DNA from: the human T2T-CHM13v2.0 reference genome, Homo sapiens
Assembly: GCF_009914755.1 (NCBI RefSeq)
Contig: NC_060941.1
Strand: one strand, 5' to 3'
DNA length: 64,000 nucleotides
Each line of letters starts with the position of its first letter. Position 1 is the first letter of the stretch. Shown here piece by piece: positions 42,462 through 59,911 of the stretch. Made by a program: the position numbers and the translations under genes. The notes below the pieces were generated by a model. The model ran no database searches. It saw nothing but the letters and a program-made list of their open reading frames with translations, and had not been told where the DNA came from.

Positions 42462-43991
42462 TAGTATTTTTTCAAGGTACATTTCCATTGAAGTTTGACA
42501 GAGAAGAGCACACAGAAAACCAGGATACAGCGTAATGAATTTTCACAAAGTGAACACACTCATGTAACCAGCTCCCAATCAAGAAACCGGCATTCCAAGA
42601 AACCCAGAAGTTCTCTCATGCCCTGGGCCAGTTACTTTCCCCTCAATAAAGGTAAAAACTATGGTATGTTAATGAGATTTATCCCTGATGTTTATGTGAA
42701 GTTTGTTCATGCCCATTGACATATAGCTTTTCACATATTTATCCTGTGTGAGTATATACAGTAGAATTTGCCCATTCTTCAACCCATTCATTATTTACCT
42801 ATTCATCATTTACCCAGTCATCAACAATCAATGCTGATTGGCATTCATTGTTTCTTTTTTATTTTTTTGTGTTGTTTGGTAAACTTACATATGCATTTCT
42901 TTTGGGCATATACCTAAGGGCAGAATCGCTCTGTCACAGGGTATATGTATGTTTTACTTTGGTAGATGCCAAAAAAAAGATTTCCAAAATAATTGTATCA
43001 AGTTACATCCAGCTACAAGTGTGTAAGAATTTCCAGTTTCTTTACACTTTTGCCAACACTTGGTTTTCTATTTTGGTGGGTGTACTATGGCATGTCATTG
43101 CCTTCGTAAAGTTAAGTACTTGAATACTTTTTCATGGGTTTATTTGCCAATTGGATATTCATTTTCTGAAGTCCTGTTCACATCTTCTGTATAGAGTAAT
43201 TAAAGAATAATTACTATAGTCCTTTGTAAATGGTAGAATTCTGCTCCTTACTGTTGGTCTTGTTGGACATTGTGGTTCGTGTGATGTAGTTTTTGATGTT
43301 TTCTTGCTCAAAAGTACATGTACCCATTAGACTTTTCACTGATGCATAAAATGTCTATGTCACAGTTTCTATTGATTAAGACATTAGCTGCCTACCCAAA
43401 AAAGTGTAGATGTTAGAGAGAGAACAGAGTGTAGTGTATGATAGGTTCTTTTAAGTTGTGTGGAACAAGGGCATATTATGATATGGGTATACAGGAAACC
43501 CAGAGAGACAGGAAATGTCTCAGTAGCCTCATAGTCAAGCTCCACAAAGAACTGGAACATCTCATAACATGAGTACTGGTATTTTAACAGCAACTTCAGT
43601 CACCTAACAGAGTGACCTGGCCATATGCTTGCCTTCTGAGAAGAAGGTGTCATTTATCAGCTGCATGGCCAGTGGACTCCTGCTGTTATTGACAAAGGAG
43701 TACTAGATTTTCTTTCTTCCCACTTCCCAGATTCTGCCACATTAAGGCTTCCATAGTCTCAGAGTTTCTATAGCATCTGCATAATATCTTCTCTCCATGT
43801 GTCTTTCCATGGCTTCTCCTACTCCACTAATATCTCTCTTTCTCTGCAGGCCTCACTTTTGAGTGAAGAATCTGATTGGACAGCCATTGTAGGACACTTT
43901 ATGAACAGAGCTCTTGCACCAAACCACTTAGAGGGCCACTGGCCAGCCAAGATGGTTGCTTCATGTCAGCCAGCTGTGTCAGCTTCACATG

Positions 43992-44410
43992 TGCTATGGA
44001 TTGCATGTCTGTCCTCTCCAAACCTCATGTTGAAATTTGATCCCCAGTGTTAAAGGTAGGGCTGAGTAGGAGGTGTTTGGGTCATGGGTGCAGATCCCTC
44101 ATACATAGATTAATGCCCTCCCTGGGGGAGGGGGAGTGAGTCCTTGCTCTTTTAGTTCCCATGAGAGCTGGTTGTTAAAAAGCTGACAACTCTCCCCTCT
44201 CTCTTGCTTCCTCTCTCACCATATGATCTGTTCATACACCAGGTCCCATTTGCCTTTTGTCATTAGTAGAAGTAGCCTGAGGCATTCACTAGAGGCAGAT
44301 GCCCACTTTTGAACTTTACAGCCATCAGAATCACAAGCCAAATAAACAGCTTTTCTTTATGAATTACTCGGTTTCAGGTACTCCTTTATAGCACACAAAA
44401 TGGACTAATA
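43992..44410 (+). mobile_element. MST(B)-type MaLR LTR
   Basis: tgctatggattg...ctcatgttgaaatttgatccccagtgtt...gggtcatggg..cagatccctcat...aatggactaa. Confidence 0.85.
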
Positions 44411-44544
44411 TTTTGTTCATTTCATTTTAGAGAGGAGAATATTGAATGCCAGAACATTTCAGTGGCTTCTGTAATTTATATTCTATAAATGGTAGAGCTG
44501 GGATTTGAACTCATCCCTATTTTATTCATTTATTCATTCATGCC

Positions 44545-46375
44545 ATAAATTATTTTATTTATTTTTAGTTGACAAATAAAACTATACATATTTTTGGTGT
44601 ATAAAATTATATTTTGAAACACGTATACATTGTGGAATGGCTGAATTGAGTTAATTAACATATTATTTCACGCATTTTTTCTATAGTGAGAACACCTAAA
44701 ACCTACAATATATTTTTATTAACTATCATCACCATGTTATACAATAGATCTCCTGAAATTATTCCTCCTATCCAACTGAAATTTTGTACCCTTTGACCAA
44801 TATCTCCCAAATTCCCCTTAATCCCCAGCCCCTGTAAATTACAATTCTTTTCTTTGTTTCTATGAATTTGATTTTTCAGATTCCATATACAAGTGAGATC
44901 ATGCACTATTTGTCTTTCTGTGCCTGACTTATTTCACTAAGCATAATGTCCTCCAGGTTCTTTCATGTTGTTACAAATGGCAGAATTCCCTTCTTTTTAA
45001 AGGCTGAATAGTATCTCATTGTGAAAATGGACATTTTCTTTGTCCATTCATCCATTGATGAACACTTACGTTGATTCCATATCTTGGCTATTGTGACTAA
45101 TGCTGCAGTGAATATGGGAGAGCAGACATATTTTTGACACACTGATCTGATTTCCTTTGTAGGTATACCCAGTAGGGGGATTGCTGGATCATATAGTAGT
45201 TCTATTCTTAATTTCTTTTGGGACTTCCATACTGTTTTCCATAATGACTGAGCTAACTTACATTGCTTCCCTTTTCTCCACATTTTCACCAACACTTGTT
45301 ATCTTTTGTCTTTTTGATAATAGCCATTTTAACAAATATGAGGCAGTATCTCATTGTATTTCTCTGATTATTAGTGATGTTGAGCATTTTTCAAATACCT
45401 GTTGGCCATTTGGATGTCTTCTTTTGATAAATATTTATTCAGGCCCTCTATATTTTTTAGTTGGGTTATTTATTTTCTTGTTATTGAGTCGTTTGCATTC
45501 CTTATAGATTTTGAATATTAACCCCTTATCAGATGTATAGTTTGCAATTTTCTCCCATTCTGCAGGTTGTCTCTACACTCTATTGATTGTTTCCTTGGCC
45601 GTGCAGAAATTTTTTAGTCTGATGTAACCCCATTTGTCTATTTTTGCATTTGTTGCCAGTGCTTTGGGGTCACATCAAAAAAATCATCGTCTAGACCCAT
45701 GTTATGAACCTTTCCCTTGTGCTTTCTTTTAGTCATTTTACTATTTGAAGTCTTTTGTTTAAGTCTTTAATTCATTTTGAGTTGATTTTTGTATATGGTA
45801 TGAGATAAAAGTCTAACTTTCTTCTTCTGCATGTAGATATCTAGTTTCCCAGTGACATTTATTGAAGACATTGTCCTTTCGCTGTTGTGTGTTCTTGACA
45901 CCTTTGTCAAAAATCAAATGACAACATATGTATGGATTTATTTCTGGGCTCTCTATTCTGTTCTATTGGTCTATGTGTCTCTTTTCATGCCAGTATCATG
46001 CTGTTTTGATTACTGTAGCTTTATAGTAGATTTCAAAATCATATAGTATGGTGCCTCCAGTTTTTTTAAATTTTGTTTTGTTTTGGAGTTTTTTGCCCAA
46101 GATTACTTTGGCTACTTGAGCTCTTTTGTGATTCCATATGGAGTTTAGGATTTTTTTTCTATTTCTGAGAAAAATATCATTAGAATTTTGATAGAGATTG
46201 CACTGAATCTGTAGATCACTTTGGGTAGTATGCACATTTTACCAATTTTAAGTCTCCCAGTTCATTGGCACAGACTATTTTCCATTTATTTGTGTCTTCT
46301 TCAGTTTATTTCATCGATGTATATAGTTTTCAGTGAACAGATCTTTCATGTCCTTGGTTTAATTTACTTTTAAGT
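44545..46375 (-). mobile_element. L1MA fragment (ORF2 3' part plus 3' UTR)
   Basis: Minus-strand ORF remnants LLYDPAIPLLGI...IFTAALVTIAKIWNQRKC and [18 protein letters not shown]...[11 protein letters not shown]. Confidence 0.92.
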
Positions 46376-47252
46376 AGTTATGGCTTTTATGAAGGTAAAT
46401 GTGTCCTAAGGAGATGTGGAGAAAAACATAGTTGTAGCCTGTGGCAGAATATGCAGGTCAGGGTGGTGGTCAGGTAGAATCTTTACGTTCTTTATGTCTC
46501 TCCTTGTGGAAATACAGCCCTCCCTTTCCATTCAGCCACCACCACAAATCTGGCCTGACCAATCAGAGTATTTATTCTAATTTTCTAGTCACTGTGATTG
46601 GTTCGGGAATAGGCACCTGATCCAAGCCAGGCCTGTAAGAGTTAGCCTTGGGACTTTAGCTAGAACTACTGGGAAAGACTCTTACTTTTTTCACGATGAT
46701 CATTGCCTGTAAAGACAAGTAAACTTGGAGCTACTTGGTGTGCAGTATCTTTTAAGGCTCCATGTTTAAGAACCTTGGAGAATGAAGCCAAACTAAGGAA
46801 AGCAAAACTGAAAAATGAAGAGAGAGTAAGATTTTTGACCGCATTGTTTATGGACCTGATTTCAGCTACATATAGTGGCAAATTTACCTTTGGATTTTTG
46901 ATGTATACGTACCAACACATCTCCTATGGGGCTGAAGTCAGATTGAGTTAGTTTCTTGCCCTTGCAATTAAAAAATGTTCTGATTCATGTAGTCAACTTC
47001 CTACATAAATATTAACATGGAGAAATTGAATCAGAAGTTTGCAATGTTCTCCTTGGAAAAAGATTTCAAGGTTCCAAGGATATGAAATCATCATGTAAAA
47101 TAGCTGTTCCTCCTTCAGAAGAGATGAATCTGAAGCAAGGCTGGGCCTGAAAGAAATGACCTATAGCTAAGTGAGACTTGTGTGGGTCAGGAAAGAAGGG
47201 ACACATTTTTGCTTCTGCTGTGACACTCGCTTCTGGTCATTTTTATTATGAT

Positions 47253-47700
47253 AGTGTCTAAGTCCATTCATTCTGCTGTGACAGAACACCATAAAGTAGG
47301 TAGCTTATAAACAACAATTTATTTCTCACAATCCTGGAGCCTGGGAAGTTCAAGATCAAGGCACTGACGGAATTGGTGTCTGGGGATGGTCTACTTTCTG
47401 GTTCATAGATAGCACCTTCTAGCTGTGTTCTCACGTGTTGGAAGGGGGAAGGCAGCTTTCTAGGGCCTATATATATAGAATTAGTGCCTATATATATGAA
47501 TAGTGAATAGAATTAGTGTCTACATATGTATACATATAGACACTAATTCTATTCACTAATATATAGACACTAATTCTATTCACAACAGCTCTTCCCTTAT
47601 GAGCTAATAACCCCTAAGGCTCCACTTACTAATACACATTGGTGATTAGGTTTCAACATATGAATTCTGGGGGAGACATAAACATTTAGATTATAGCAGA
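47253..47700 (-). mobile_element. MST/MLT1A-type MaLR LTR with an internal palindromic expansion
   Basis: cttataaacaacaatttatttctcaca...gggaagttcaagatcaagg...tttcaacatatgaattctggggg. Confidence 0.85.
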
Positions 47701-48028
47701 TATAGAATTCTGGGCAGGGTAGAAAACATTTGTTAGTCCGGTAGAGTTTCCATCCATCCATCTATCCAACCATCCATCTGTCTGTCTCTATCTTTGCCCA
47801 CTAATTAAACAAATATCTGTTGAGTTTAAATAAGCGCCAGATACAGGACTTCTGAGAGAGAAGATTTGAAGCACTAGGTCAAGGTCAAACTAGCAAGACA
47901 CTTCCTCTCCTGGAGGCCAGGGTTCAGCCAGATGTCCTCTTTTTCATCTGCAAAATAAGAAGATCTAACCTAGATACTTGCTCATGTCTCTCCCAGTGCT
48001 ATTACTTGATGATTCAAACAATTTTCAA

Positions 48029-48345
<317 letters not shown>

Positions 48346-50058
48346 TTAGAGTGTTATCTGGTTCAATTTTCTCATGTCTGGGATGAGAAAATCTAAACCT
48401 GGGGAGCTTGAGGGATTTGATCTGAAGTCCACTTCACTCTCCTGGTGATGATGACTCAGTGATGCTGTGATGACTGGTGGACAAGGACAGAAGAGGCTGT
48501 AGGCAGAACGCATAGATTCCAGGACAGCAGGTTCAGCAAAGACCAGCGGTAGCTGGTATGGTGGCTACCTCAAAGGGCTGGCTCAACCCAGGCACGGAAA
48601 GTGGAAAAGATTGGGGTATAGGGACAGAAAAGCTGCCCCGTGGTTTTCTTTCTTTCTTTCTTTTCTCAACGATTGAAACCCAGCACATAACTGTGTGGGC
48701 ATTGAGAGAAAACAGGCCCAGCTGCCTAGCAGTGGCCCCAGGAGCCTGTGAAACGTCTGCTCCCACCAGGCTCACGGAGGGCGCCAGGATGCTCTGCCCA
48801 ATGGCTGTTTCCTTGACTTCTCTCTTCCAAAAAGGAAATTGCAGGCATGTTACTGCTTTGCTCAGGACCGGGGATTATGGAGCTTAAACTCTCTCCTCCA
48901 AGCCATGTTCAAGTTTTTGACTTAAAAGGGAAATGTTTCATTTTAGGCCAAATGCATCCCCCTCTTTCCCCCTTCCTGGAACGAGAACAAAGCAATTCAA
49001 ATCAGAAAACAGGGGGAACTCCATGCGCCCTGTCCACGGGGACCCGGCTCCCAACTGGATCCCACGGAATTTGATTGAAGTGCAACTGAACCCCTCCGCG
49101 TTTGTTCAAATGTCATTTAAATAGAAACGTTTCAAATCTCTGCCAAGGAACTGCCCAGGGGGTGGCATGGAACGGAGTCAGGCCCTCACTGCTCTGCGGG
49201 CTGCGGCGGGCCCAGACCACAGGGGCGGGACCCAGGCGAGGCTGACTGAAACCCAGCACGAGGGAAAAACAAAGTGGTGGGAAAAGAGGGGAGAGGGGAA
49301 AGAGGAGGGACAGAAAGGGGACAGAGGTGGACTCTCTGGGCAGTTTTTACACTAAAGATACAAGATATAAATGAGACACAAGATGTCTGCATTTTGGCAT
49401 GTTTTCTAAAAAAAAAAACTTTAATATGTTTAAGATAGAGACAAACTCTCAAAGCCTGAAAGGATTCATGATCAGGATTGCAGTGAGCCTTCAAGATTTT
49501 GGCTGTCACCCTCTTTGGTCTCATGACGATTCAAACGTGCATGCATCATCGCAACAGTTTTTAGCTTCCCAGTTTGGAAAGAGGACAACAATGTTTGACC
49601 TGCCTGGCCTTTGTCAGGGCTGCTGGGTAAGATTTGCCTTGAGGTTTGGGGCTGAGGGTGTGGGTCTTAGTTTCCTTACCCCACTCGATAAAGGCAGCCA
49701 TAAGGTCAAGGGTTTGAGATACTGTTGGTACCCAGGACTGGAAATCGGCAAGCATTGCCGTGGTGTACTCTGGGGGTGCCCAAGAGGAGGAGGCTGGACT
49801 TTCATCCTCCACTCAGCTGTAATGACTACTCTTTGATTTGTTTTACGTTTTGAGTTCTGGGTAAAATTTTGTGGCAAAAAGAAATCTGCCACTAGCAGCA
49901 TTGTTTAGAAGCACTTAAGTAGACATTTCAAAAGATCCATGGTTCTGACATTCTACGAGATCAAAATTGGGGAGAGATTGTAGTGAGGGTCGTTCCTCCA
50001 TCCCTGAGGACCCATTACCATGGGATAGAGTTAATTTGCTACATTAAGACCTCCTTCC

Positions 50059-50675
<617 letters not shown>

Positions 50676-50972
50676 CTAGAACTTGAGAAGGATTCACATG
50701 GGCCTGGATCTAGCAGACTGGTGAGTGACTTAGGACTTATGAAACCCCAAGAAAACTCAGTATTGGTGACGCTATAATATGAGCCCCCTCTGAATTGAAA
50801 TAACCTGAAGATGTACAAGAAGTGCAGCTCAAGAGTTGCTGATGGTGAAATCTCCCCTCCCTCATAGACATTTACTCTTTTATCTTAGAGAGCCTCATAA
50901 AGCAGCAGGATATAGTCAAGCAAGGTGCATCCCCTTTCATCACTATGTTCAGCCAAGAAGTAGCTCTGAGAC

Positions 50973-51677
50973 TGAAACTGCCTTTGCAAAATTATAACTA
51001 GTAACTGAGACAGTGAAAGAGATTTAACCTAACTGACTCCATCTTGCTTCTAACCTTTAAGCTGTCCTTGCTCCTTCCTGGGTGTAGGTTGAACTAACTT
51101 CGGGAGGAACTTAATTTACACTTATAGTTTTAAAAAAATAAAAAATAAAAAAATAAACCTCCTTCTTGCCTGGGGACTCAACTGCCTTTGCAGGACTAAC
51201 AAATTTAGCTACAAGGTTAGAAATTATGGTTTAGGAGTCATGCAGCTGGAGGCTACAAGATCTGGACTCTCCCTAAACTGCTCCTAAGATCAGTGCCTGA
51301 GACATTTTGCAGACCTTGCACTTGATGGATCAGGTGGCACCACCCAGATGGATAAACTGGCTCATCTGCTCTTGTGGCCCCCACCCAGGAATGGACTCAG
51401 CGCAACAGGACAGCTTCAATTCTCGGTGATTTTTATCTCCTACCTAACCAATCAGCACTCCTCGCTCACTGGCTTCCCCCCACACACCAGGTTGTCCTTA
51501 AAACCCTGATCCCCTCATCAGGAGATGCTTGGGAAGACTGATTTGAGTAATAATAAAACTCTGGTTTCCCACACAGCCGGCTATGTGTGAATTACTCTTT
51601 CTCTGTTGCAATTGCCCTGTCTTGATAAATCGGCTCTGTCTAGGCAGCGGGCAAAGTGAACCCATGGTACAGTTACA
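50973..51677 (+). mobile_element. LTR8 solo LTR (ERV1)
   Basis: tgaaactgcctttgcaaaattat...gactccatcttgcttctaacc...ggcagcgggcaa...gttaca; 4-bp TSD AGAC (50969-50972, 51678-51681). Confidence 0.9.
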
Positions 51678-51967
51678 AGACACCCCTTTCAAGAGGAACA
51701 CCAAGGGAAGGTGATGGCTCATGCACGAGCAAAGACCCGAGATGCGACGGAGCCCTTCATTCACTAAAACTTGGCTACTTACTGAAACCATAGACCTTCA
51801 GAACTAAAAGGGACCTAAGAATCATCTCCTTTTACAGATGAGAAAACTGAGGCCCACATCTATGAATATTCATACATAATTAATTACTTCATTATTTAGT
51901 GATCTAATTTGGCATACTTGTACCTTCATAACCTTCATCAATTTTCAGTGACTTTGGTTAAAAATCA

Positions 51968-52271
<304 letters not shown>

Positions 52272-52639
52272 TCACAAAAGCCATGCCATTTAATTTCAAG
52301 ATGGTATGCTTAACCCCTAATCAAACTTACTGTGCATCTTGACACTCTTAGTCATAGATTAAATTTGATGCAAATCAGCTCATTCCTTTGCAAGTGGCTA
52401 TGGAATAAGATAGGCAAATATAAAATGCTCCTTTATTGCACAGATTTGGATAGAAAACTGTGTCATTTTGCTGTCATTGTAAGGTCACAGCCATATTGGC
52501 TTTTATCAGTCAGTATAAGACAATTGGCCTGAAGAACAGACCGTTGTCCTGTTCCCATTATCAGTGTGCTAAGACAGTTCCCTTATCTGCCCACAGCTTT
52601 TCTTCCCTTCCCTTTTCAAAGACAAAATGCCATGGGGTC

Positions 52640-54430
<1,791 letters not shown>

Positions 54431-54679
54431 ATTTTTAGGAAAGACCATGGAAATTAATTTGGGGGATAGTTTAAGCATGCTAACGGGGACTAATGAGAGC
54501 TTAGGAGGCATCGAGGCTCATTTCTCTTGGTTCACTCTAGGATTTTTCTTAATCATCAAATGTAGGTGGTACAGGCAAGAGGTTACTTGTCCATCACATC
54601 ATTGGCCCAAACTGGTGTCATTTCTTTCCTTGCTACAAAACTTTCAAGCAGTCAATGGATATCTTATATTCTCCTATAC

Positions 54680-54890
54680 GTGTAGGTGGCTTAGTACAGA
54701 AGAAAGGATATGAGCTTCAGAGGCCAGCAGTGTTGTGTTGAATTTTGGTTCTGTCCTTTGCTCATTGGGAGACCTCAGGCAAGTTACCCAGCCCCCTGGA
54801 CCTCAATTTCCTCATTTATAACATTGGTTGGTGGGAAGACTCAATGTCAAGTTTCAGGCACATGGTGCACACCCAGTCCATGTTAGTGCC
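54680..54890 (+). mobile_element. MIR
   Basis: gacctcaggcaagttac...cctcaatttcctcatttataa. Confidence 0.7.
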
Positions 54891-56970
54891 TTGCTTTTTC
54901 CTTTTCCTTATCTTCCCAGGGTGGTGAGAGCTCGGTGTTTATACACAAGACAGCATAGGTAGAGGAAGTCTGGTTAAAGGGGCAAATTGCATCCCCTTCA
55001 CTCCTTCACTCCTTCACTCAAGTTAAATAACAGGAGGGGAAACTGATCACAGCCAAATCTCTCAGGTGTAGATTTTGTCTGAGGGCAACTTCCATGAGCC
55101 GTACAAGAATGCAGCTGAGCAGTAAGAATCAGAGCTGGTTGAATTTTCTAAGCCAGGTAACTACAATGAGTTTCCAGGTACCCAAGCTTCTGCTGCTTCC
55201 TCACCTCCCCTAGAATAATTTGGATAGCTTGCCAGACTTGTAGGTATCTGAACCATTGCAAGGTGTCACCTGACTTCCCTTAGTGACCTCCCTGGCACCC
55301 CATCCTTATCATCAGAGAGAGCCCTCAGCAGGGGCAGAAACTGAGTCAGACGCTTCTTCCAGAAGCCAGTCCTTCTCTCATCGCCCTCCCCCCAACCTCC
55401 TCTAACCCACAAGCTGGCTTTCATTTCCCCTCTCTCTCAAGCTGCGAAGAGTATCTCTTCCTAACACTTGTCAAAAATTAAAGCGAGACCTGCTTTCAAA
55501 TGTTCTGTCTGTACTCGCCGGCCAGGAAGGCGAGTCTGTCTCCAAAGAATTTGCATTTACAATTCCAAATATGCACTCGTGCTAAGACGAAAGAATGTCT
55601 GTTCGCTTTCAAGCTGGGTTTGGCATGACCTCTAGGTTTTAATATTTTCAACAAAGTGTCATTTGACAATTCAACCACATTTAGAAAGAAGAGAAAAGTG
55701 AATGTCCTCTCATACACGTGCCGACTGGATTGAGAGTCAGATGAGAAGACTTAGCCCAGAGCCATCGACTTTATTTTATCTTTTGCTTTCACCCGTTATT
55801 TAATTTTTTAAAATCTCCACAGAAACACAATCATTTTCATTTCTAGGTCTTAACTTCTGTTTTGGTTACGAGGGTCAACATGAGGCTTCCTAAGAAGACC
55901 AGGGAATCTGCATTTCCTGATGCAAAAGCATTAAGCCAAGTGGTTTTCCCTGTCTGTCTCCATGTCTTGCATCCAACCCAGCCTCCCTACCTTCCCCATC
56001 CTAGCTCCAACAGGAAGGGGATCTAATCACAGCCAAATCTCCCAGGTGTAGATTTTGTCAGAGGGCAATACCCCATAAATGCTACAAGACTTCCGGGGAC
56101 TCTGTTCTTTGCCCCCAAGCAATGGTGAATAGTGGCTTCCAAAGGCCCCCTTGGAGTCTCAGGTCATCCCGCAGGCAGGGAGCCCAGTTGTGATGGGTGC
56201 AGTCCCTTGAGAGGCCAGGAGGAGGGTGTCTTGTCCTTCAGAAGTCCTGTTATGGGCCGCGGTCCCCCTAGCACGGAAGGCTCTGTCCTGATGAATGTGT
56301 GGAATTGGCTCCACGACTCAGCCTGCAGATCTGCTTGTCACAATAATCAATGACGCCTCAGGCTGTGCCACCCAGCTCCGTTTTACTTAGAAGTCGGTGG
56401 AACAGTGGGATTCCTCATGATGGCTTCATTCAGCACTCCAGCAGGCCTGTGGGCACAGGACGGGGGTAGGTTTACACAGATGCTAGCCTCTCTGGCACCC
56501 TAGCAGGTGTCTGCTAACCTCCCTCAGACCACCCTCACAGTAAAGAGCCCCTCTCGGGTTTGAGATATGAGAGACCAGTCTCTGGAGTGGCCTTGGGGGA
56601 AGGGATCTGCTTCCTGCCTATTGTCCACGGTTTGGCTGGTGGGTGAGGACTTGTGTCCACGTGGGAGGATGATAACACAGGGTCCAGCTTTGGCAGAGCA
56701 CGTGGGTGCTTCATGCAACACTGCATTGATTAGTCCTGGCCGCCCCAAGTGGTATTATATGCCCATTTAGCCACGAGGAAACAGGCTCCGATCAATGGCG
56801 TGCCCTGCCAGAGGTCACAAAACCAGTAGGTCACAGACCCGGGTCCTGATCAGCAGCCTTTTGCCCATGCTTGGACTGCTGCACCACCTGTAAAAACAGA
56901 TCGGCCCCTTGGAGGCTGAAGAAATAGCCAGCCACCATCAGATTCTTTAAACTTATAGAAGCCTTTTCAC

Positions 56971-57268
56971 AGCCAGGCGCAGTGGCTCACGCCTGTAATC
57001 CCAGCACTTTGGGAGGCCGAGGCAGGTGGATCATGAGGTCAGGAGATCGAGACCATCCTGGCTAACACGGTGAAACCTCGTCTCTACTAAAAATACAAAA
57101 CATTAGCCGGGCGTCGTGGCGGGCGCCTGTAGTCCCAGCTACTCAGGAGGCTGAGGCAGGAGAGTGGTGTGAACCGGGGAGTTGGAACTTGCAGTGAGCC
57201 AAGATCCCGCCACTGCACTCCAACCTGGGTGACAGAGTGAGACACTGTCTCAGAAAAAAAAAAAAAAG
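56971..57268 (+). mobile_element. AluY
   Basis: Diagnostic gagatcgagaccatcctggctaacacgg; TSD aagccttttcaca. Confidence 0.92.
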
Positions 57269-57679
57269 CCTTTTCACATCTACTTCTGGTATCTTTTTTG
57301 CTTCTCCCAACAGACCCCCTGCTGGTGTGATTGGTGGGGGATGCCAGACTTGGAGCTGATATCTTCCCTCAAGAGATCCTGCAACTGTGTCGGGCAACCT
57401 TACAGCCCAGGAAGGTGCAGGCAGCCACCCTCCCACCTTGATACCTCCTGGGCTTAATGGCCTTTATTTGCACTGTGAACTGATGGGACTCACCTGTACC
57501 AGAGAGGAATGCAATTGAGTGACATCCTCCAAGCACCTGGAAAGGCCACCACTTAGTGCCATATTTGCAGTGCTTCCCAGCAACGTCCACCTGTGTGTCC
57601 TTAACAGCGGAGGCGAGGGAGGATGTCTGAAAATTCTTTGAAGTGTTATATTTTATCTAAAAAAAAAAAAAAGTTTGTG

Positions 57680-57983
57680 AGGCCAGGTGCAATGGCTCAT
57701 GCCTGTAATCCCAGCACTTCGGGAGGCTGGGGTGGGTGGATCGCTTGAGGCCAGGAGTTCAAGACCAGCCTGGCCAAAATGGCGAAACCCTGCCTCAGGT
57801 AGAAATACAGAAATTAGCCCGGCGCTGTGGCGGGCGCTTGTAATCCCAGCTACTCAGGAGGCTGAGGCAGATGCGTCACTTGAGCCTGGAAGGTGGAGGT
57901 TGCAGTGAGCCAAAATCGCACCACTGTACTCCAGCCTGGGCAACAGAGCGAAACTCTGTCTCAAAAAAAAAAAAAAAAAAAAA
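57680..57983 (+). mobile_element. Alu
   Basis: TSD aaaaaaagtttgtg. Confidence 0.95.
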
Positions 57984-58044
57984 AGTTTGTGGAAAATTAC
58001 ATTCTACTTCATCACATATCTGTTTCTTTCTACTTCTTTTTTCT

Positions 58045-58900
<856 letters not shown>

Positions 58901-58987
58901 GTATCTGTGTCTTTTAAATAAAATGTCTTACATTACTCACCAGTTAAATGAGGTATTCACATTATAATAAGGCCTGACATGTAAGGC

Positions 58988-59222
58988 CAGGCCCTAGCAA
59001 ACTTTTTCTTAAAGGAGCAGATAATAAATATTTCAGGCTTTACAGGCCGTAAGGCCTCCATTGCAATCACACAACTGTGAAATTCTTCTGTTGCAGCACT
59101 AAAGCCACGACAGACCACATGTAAATGAATGGATGGAGCTGTATTCCAATAAAACTTTGTTTACAAAAACAGGCAGTGTGACAGATTTGGCCTGTGGTGA
59201 GTGGTTTTCAGACCCCTGGTCT
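58988..59222. mobile_element. MER58A DNA transposon
   Basis: gcaaactttttc...aaatatttcaggcttt...tgtattccaataaaactttgtttacaaaaacaggc...gacccctg. Confidence 0.85.
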
Positions 59223-59542
59223 AGGAAGTCAATCTGGTGTATCATTAAGAACGTAGGCTTTGGTGTCAATGGAATGAGTTTTTCAATTCACACAAAAAAA
59301 CCTTTTTCTTCTTCAGGGTTCACATATGTCCCAGGGTACCCAACTGGATTACTCTGCCCAGAACTGCCCTCACCCCTGATCTTCAGGTCCTGCGACTGAA
59401 TCTGACACACTCTGGTCAAACTCCTCCCCAAATGATTGATTTTTTTTTTCTTGGATGACTCACAGGTCCTCCCCAACATGACCACCCAAAGTTGAACACA
59501 TATGCCTGCGAGTGACTGAGTGATGATTGTGTACAAGAAGGT

Positions 59543-59911
59543 TGATATGGTTTGGCTATGTCCCCACTCAAAATCTCATCTTGAATTTCAATTCCTGTAA
59601 TCCCCACGTATCAGGGGAGAGACCAGGTGGAGGTAATTGAATCCTGGGGACGATTTCCCCCATACTGTTCTCATGATAGTGAATTCTCAAGAGATCGGAT
59701 GGTTTTGTGTTTGGAGTTCCTCCTGTATTCATTCTCCTTCCTGCCACCTTGTGAAGAAGGTGCCTTCCTTCCCCTTTGCCTTCCGCCATGATTGTAAGTT
59801 TCCTGAGACTTCCCTAGCCATGCTGAACTGTGCATCAACTAAACCTCTTTTCTTTATAAATTACCCAATCTCAAGTATTTCCTTATAGCAATGTGAGAAT
59901 GGACTAATACC
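59543..59911 (+). mobile_element. THE1-type MaLR solo LTR
   Basis: tgatatggtttggctatgtcccca...gagaatggactaatac. Confidence 0.9.

Noticed and set aside
44545-46375. L1 ORF2-like peptides as an active retroelement
   Set aside because: 5'-truncated, with multiple stops and frameshifts; no ORF1 or intact EN/RT.
48440-48480. TGATGA repeats suggesting a C/D-box snoRNA
   Set aside because: No properly spaced D box with a terminal stem and no host intron; looks like low-complexity tga repeats.
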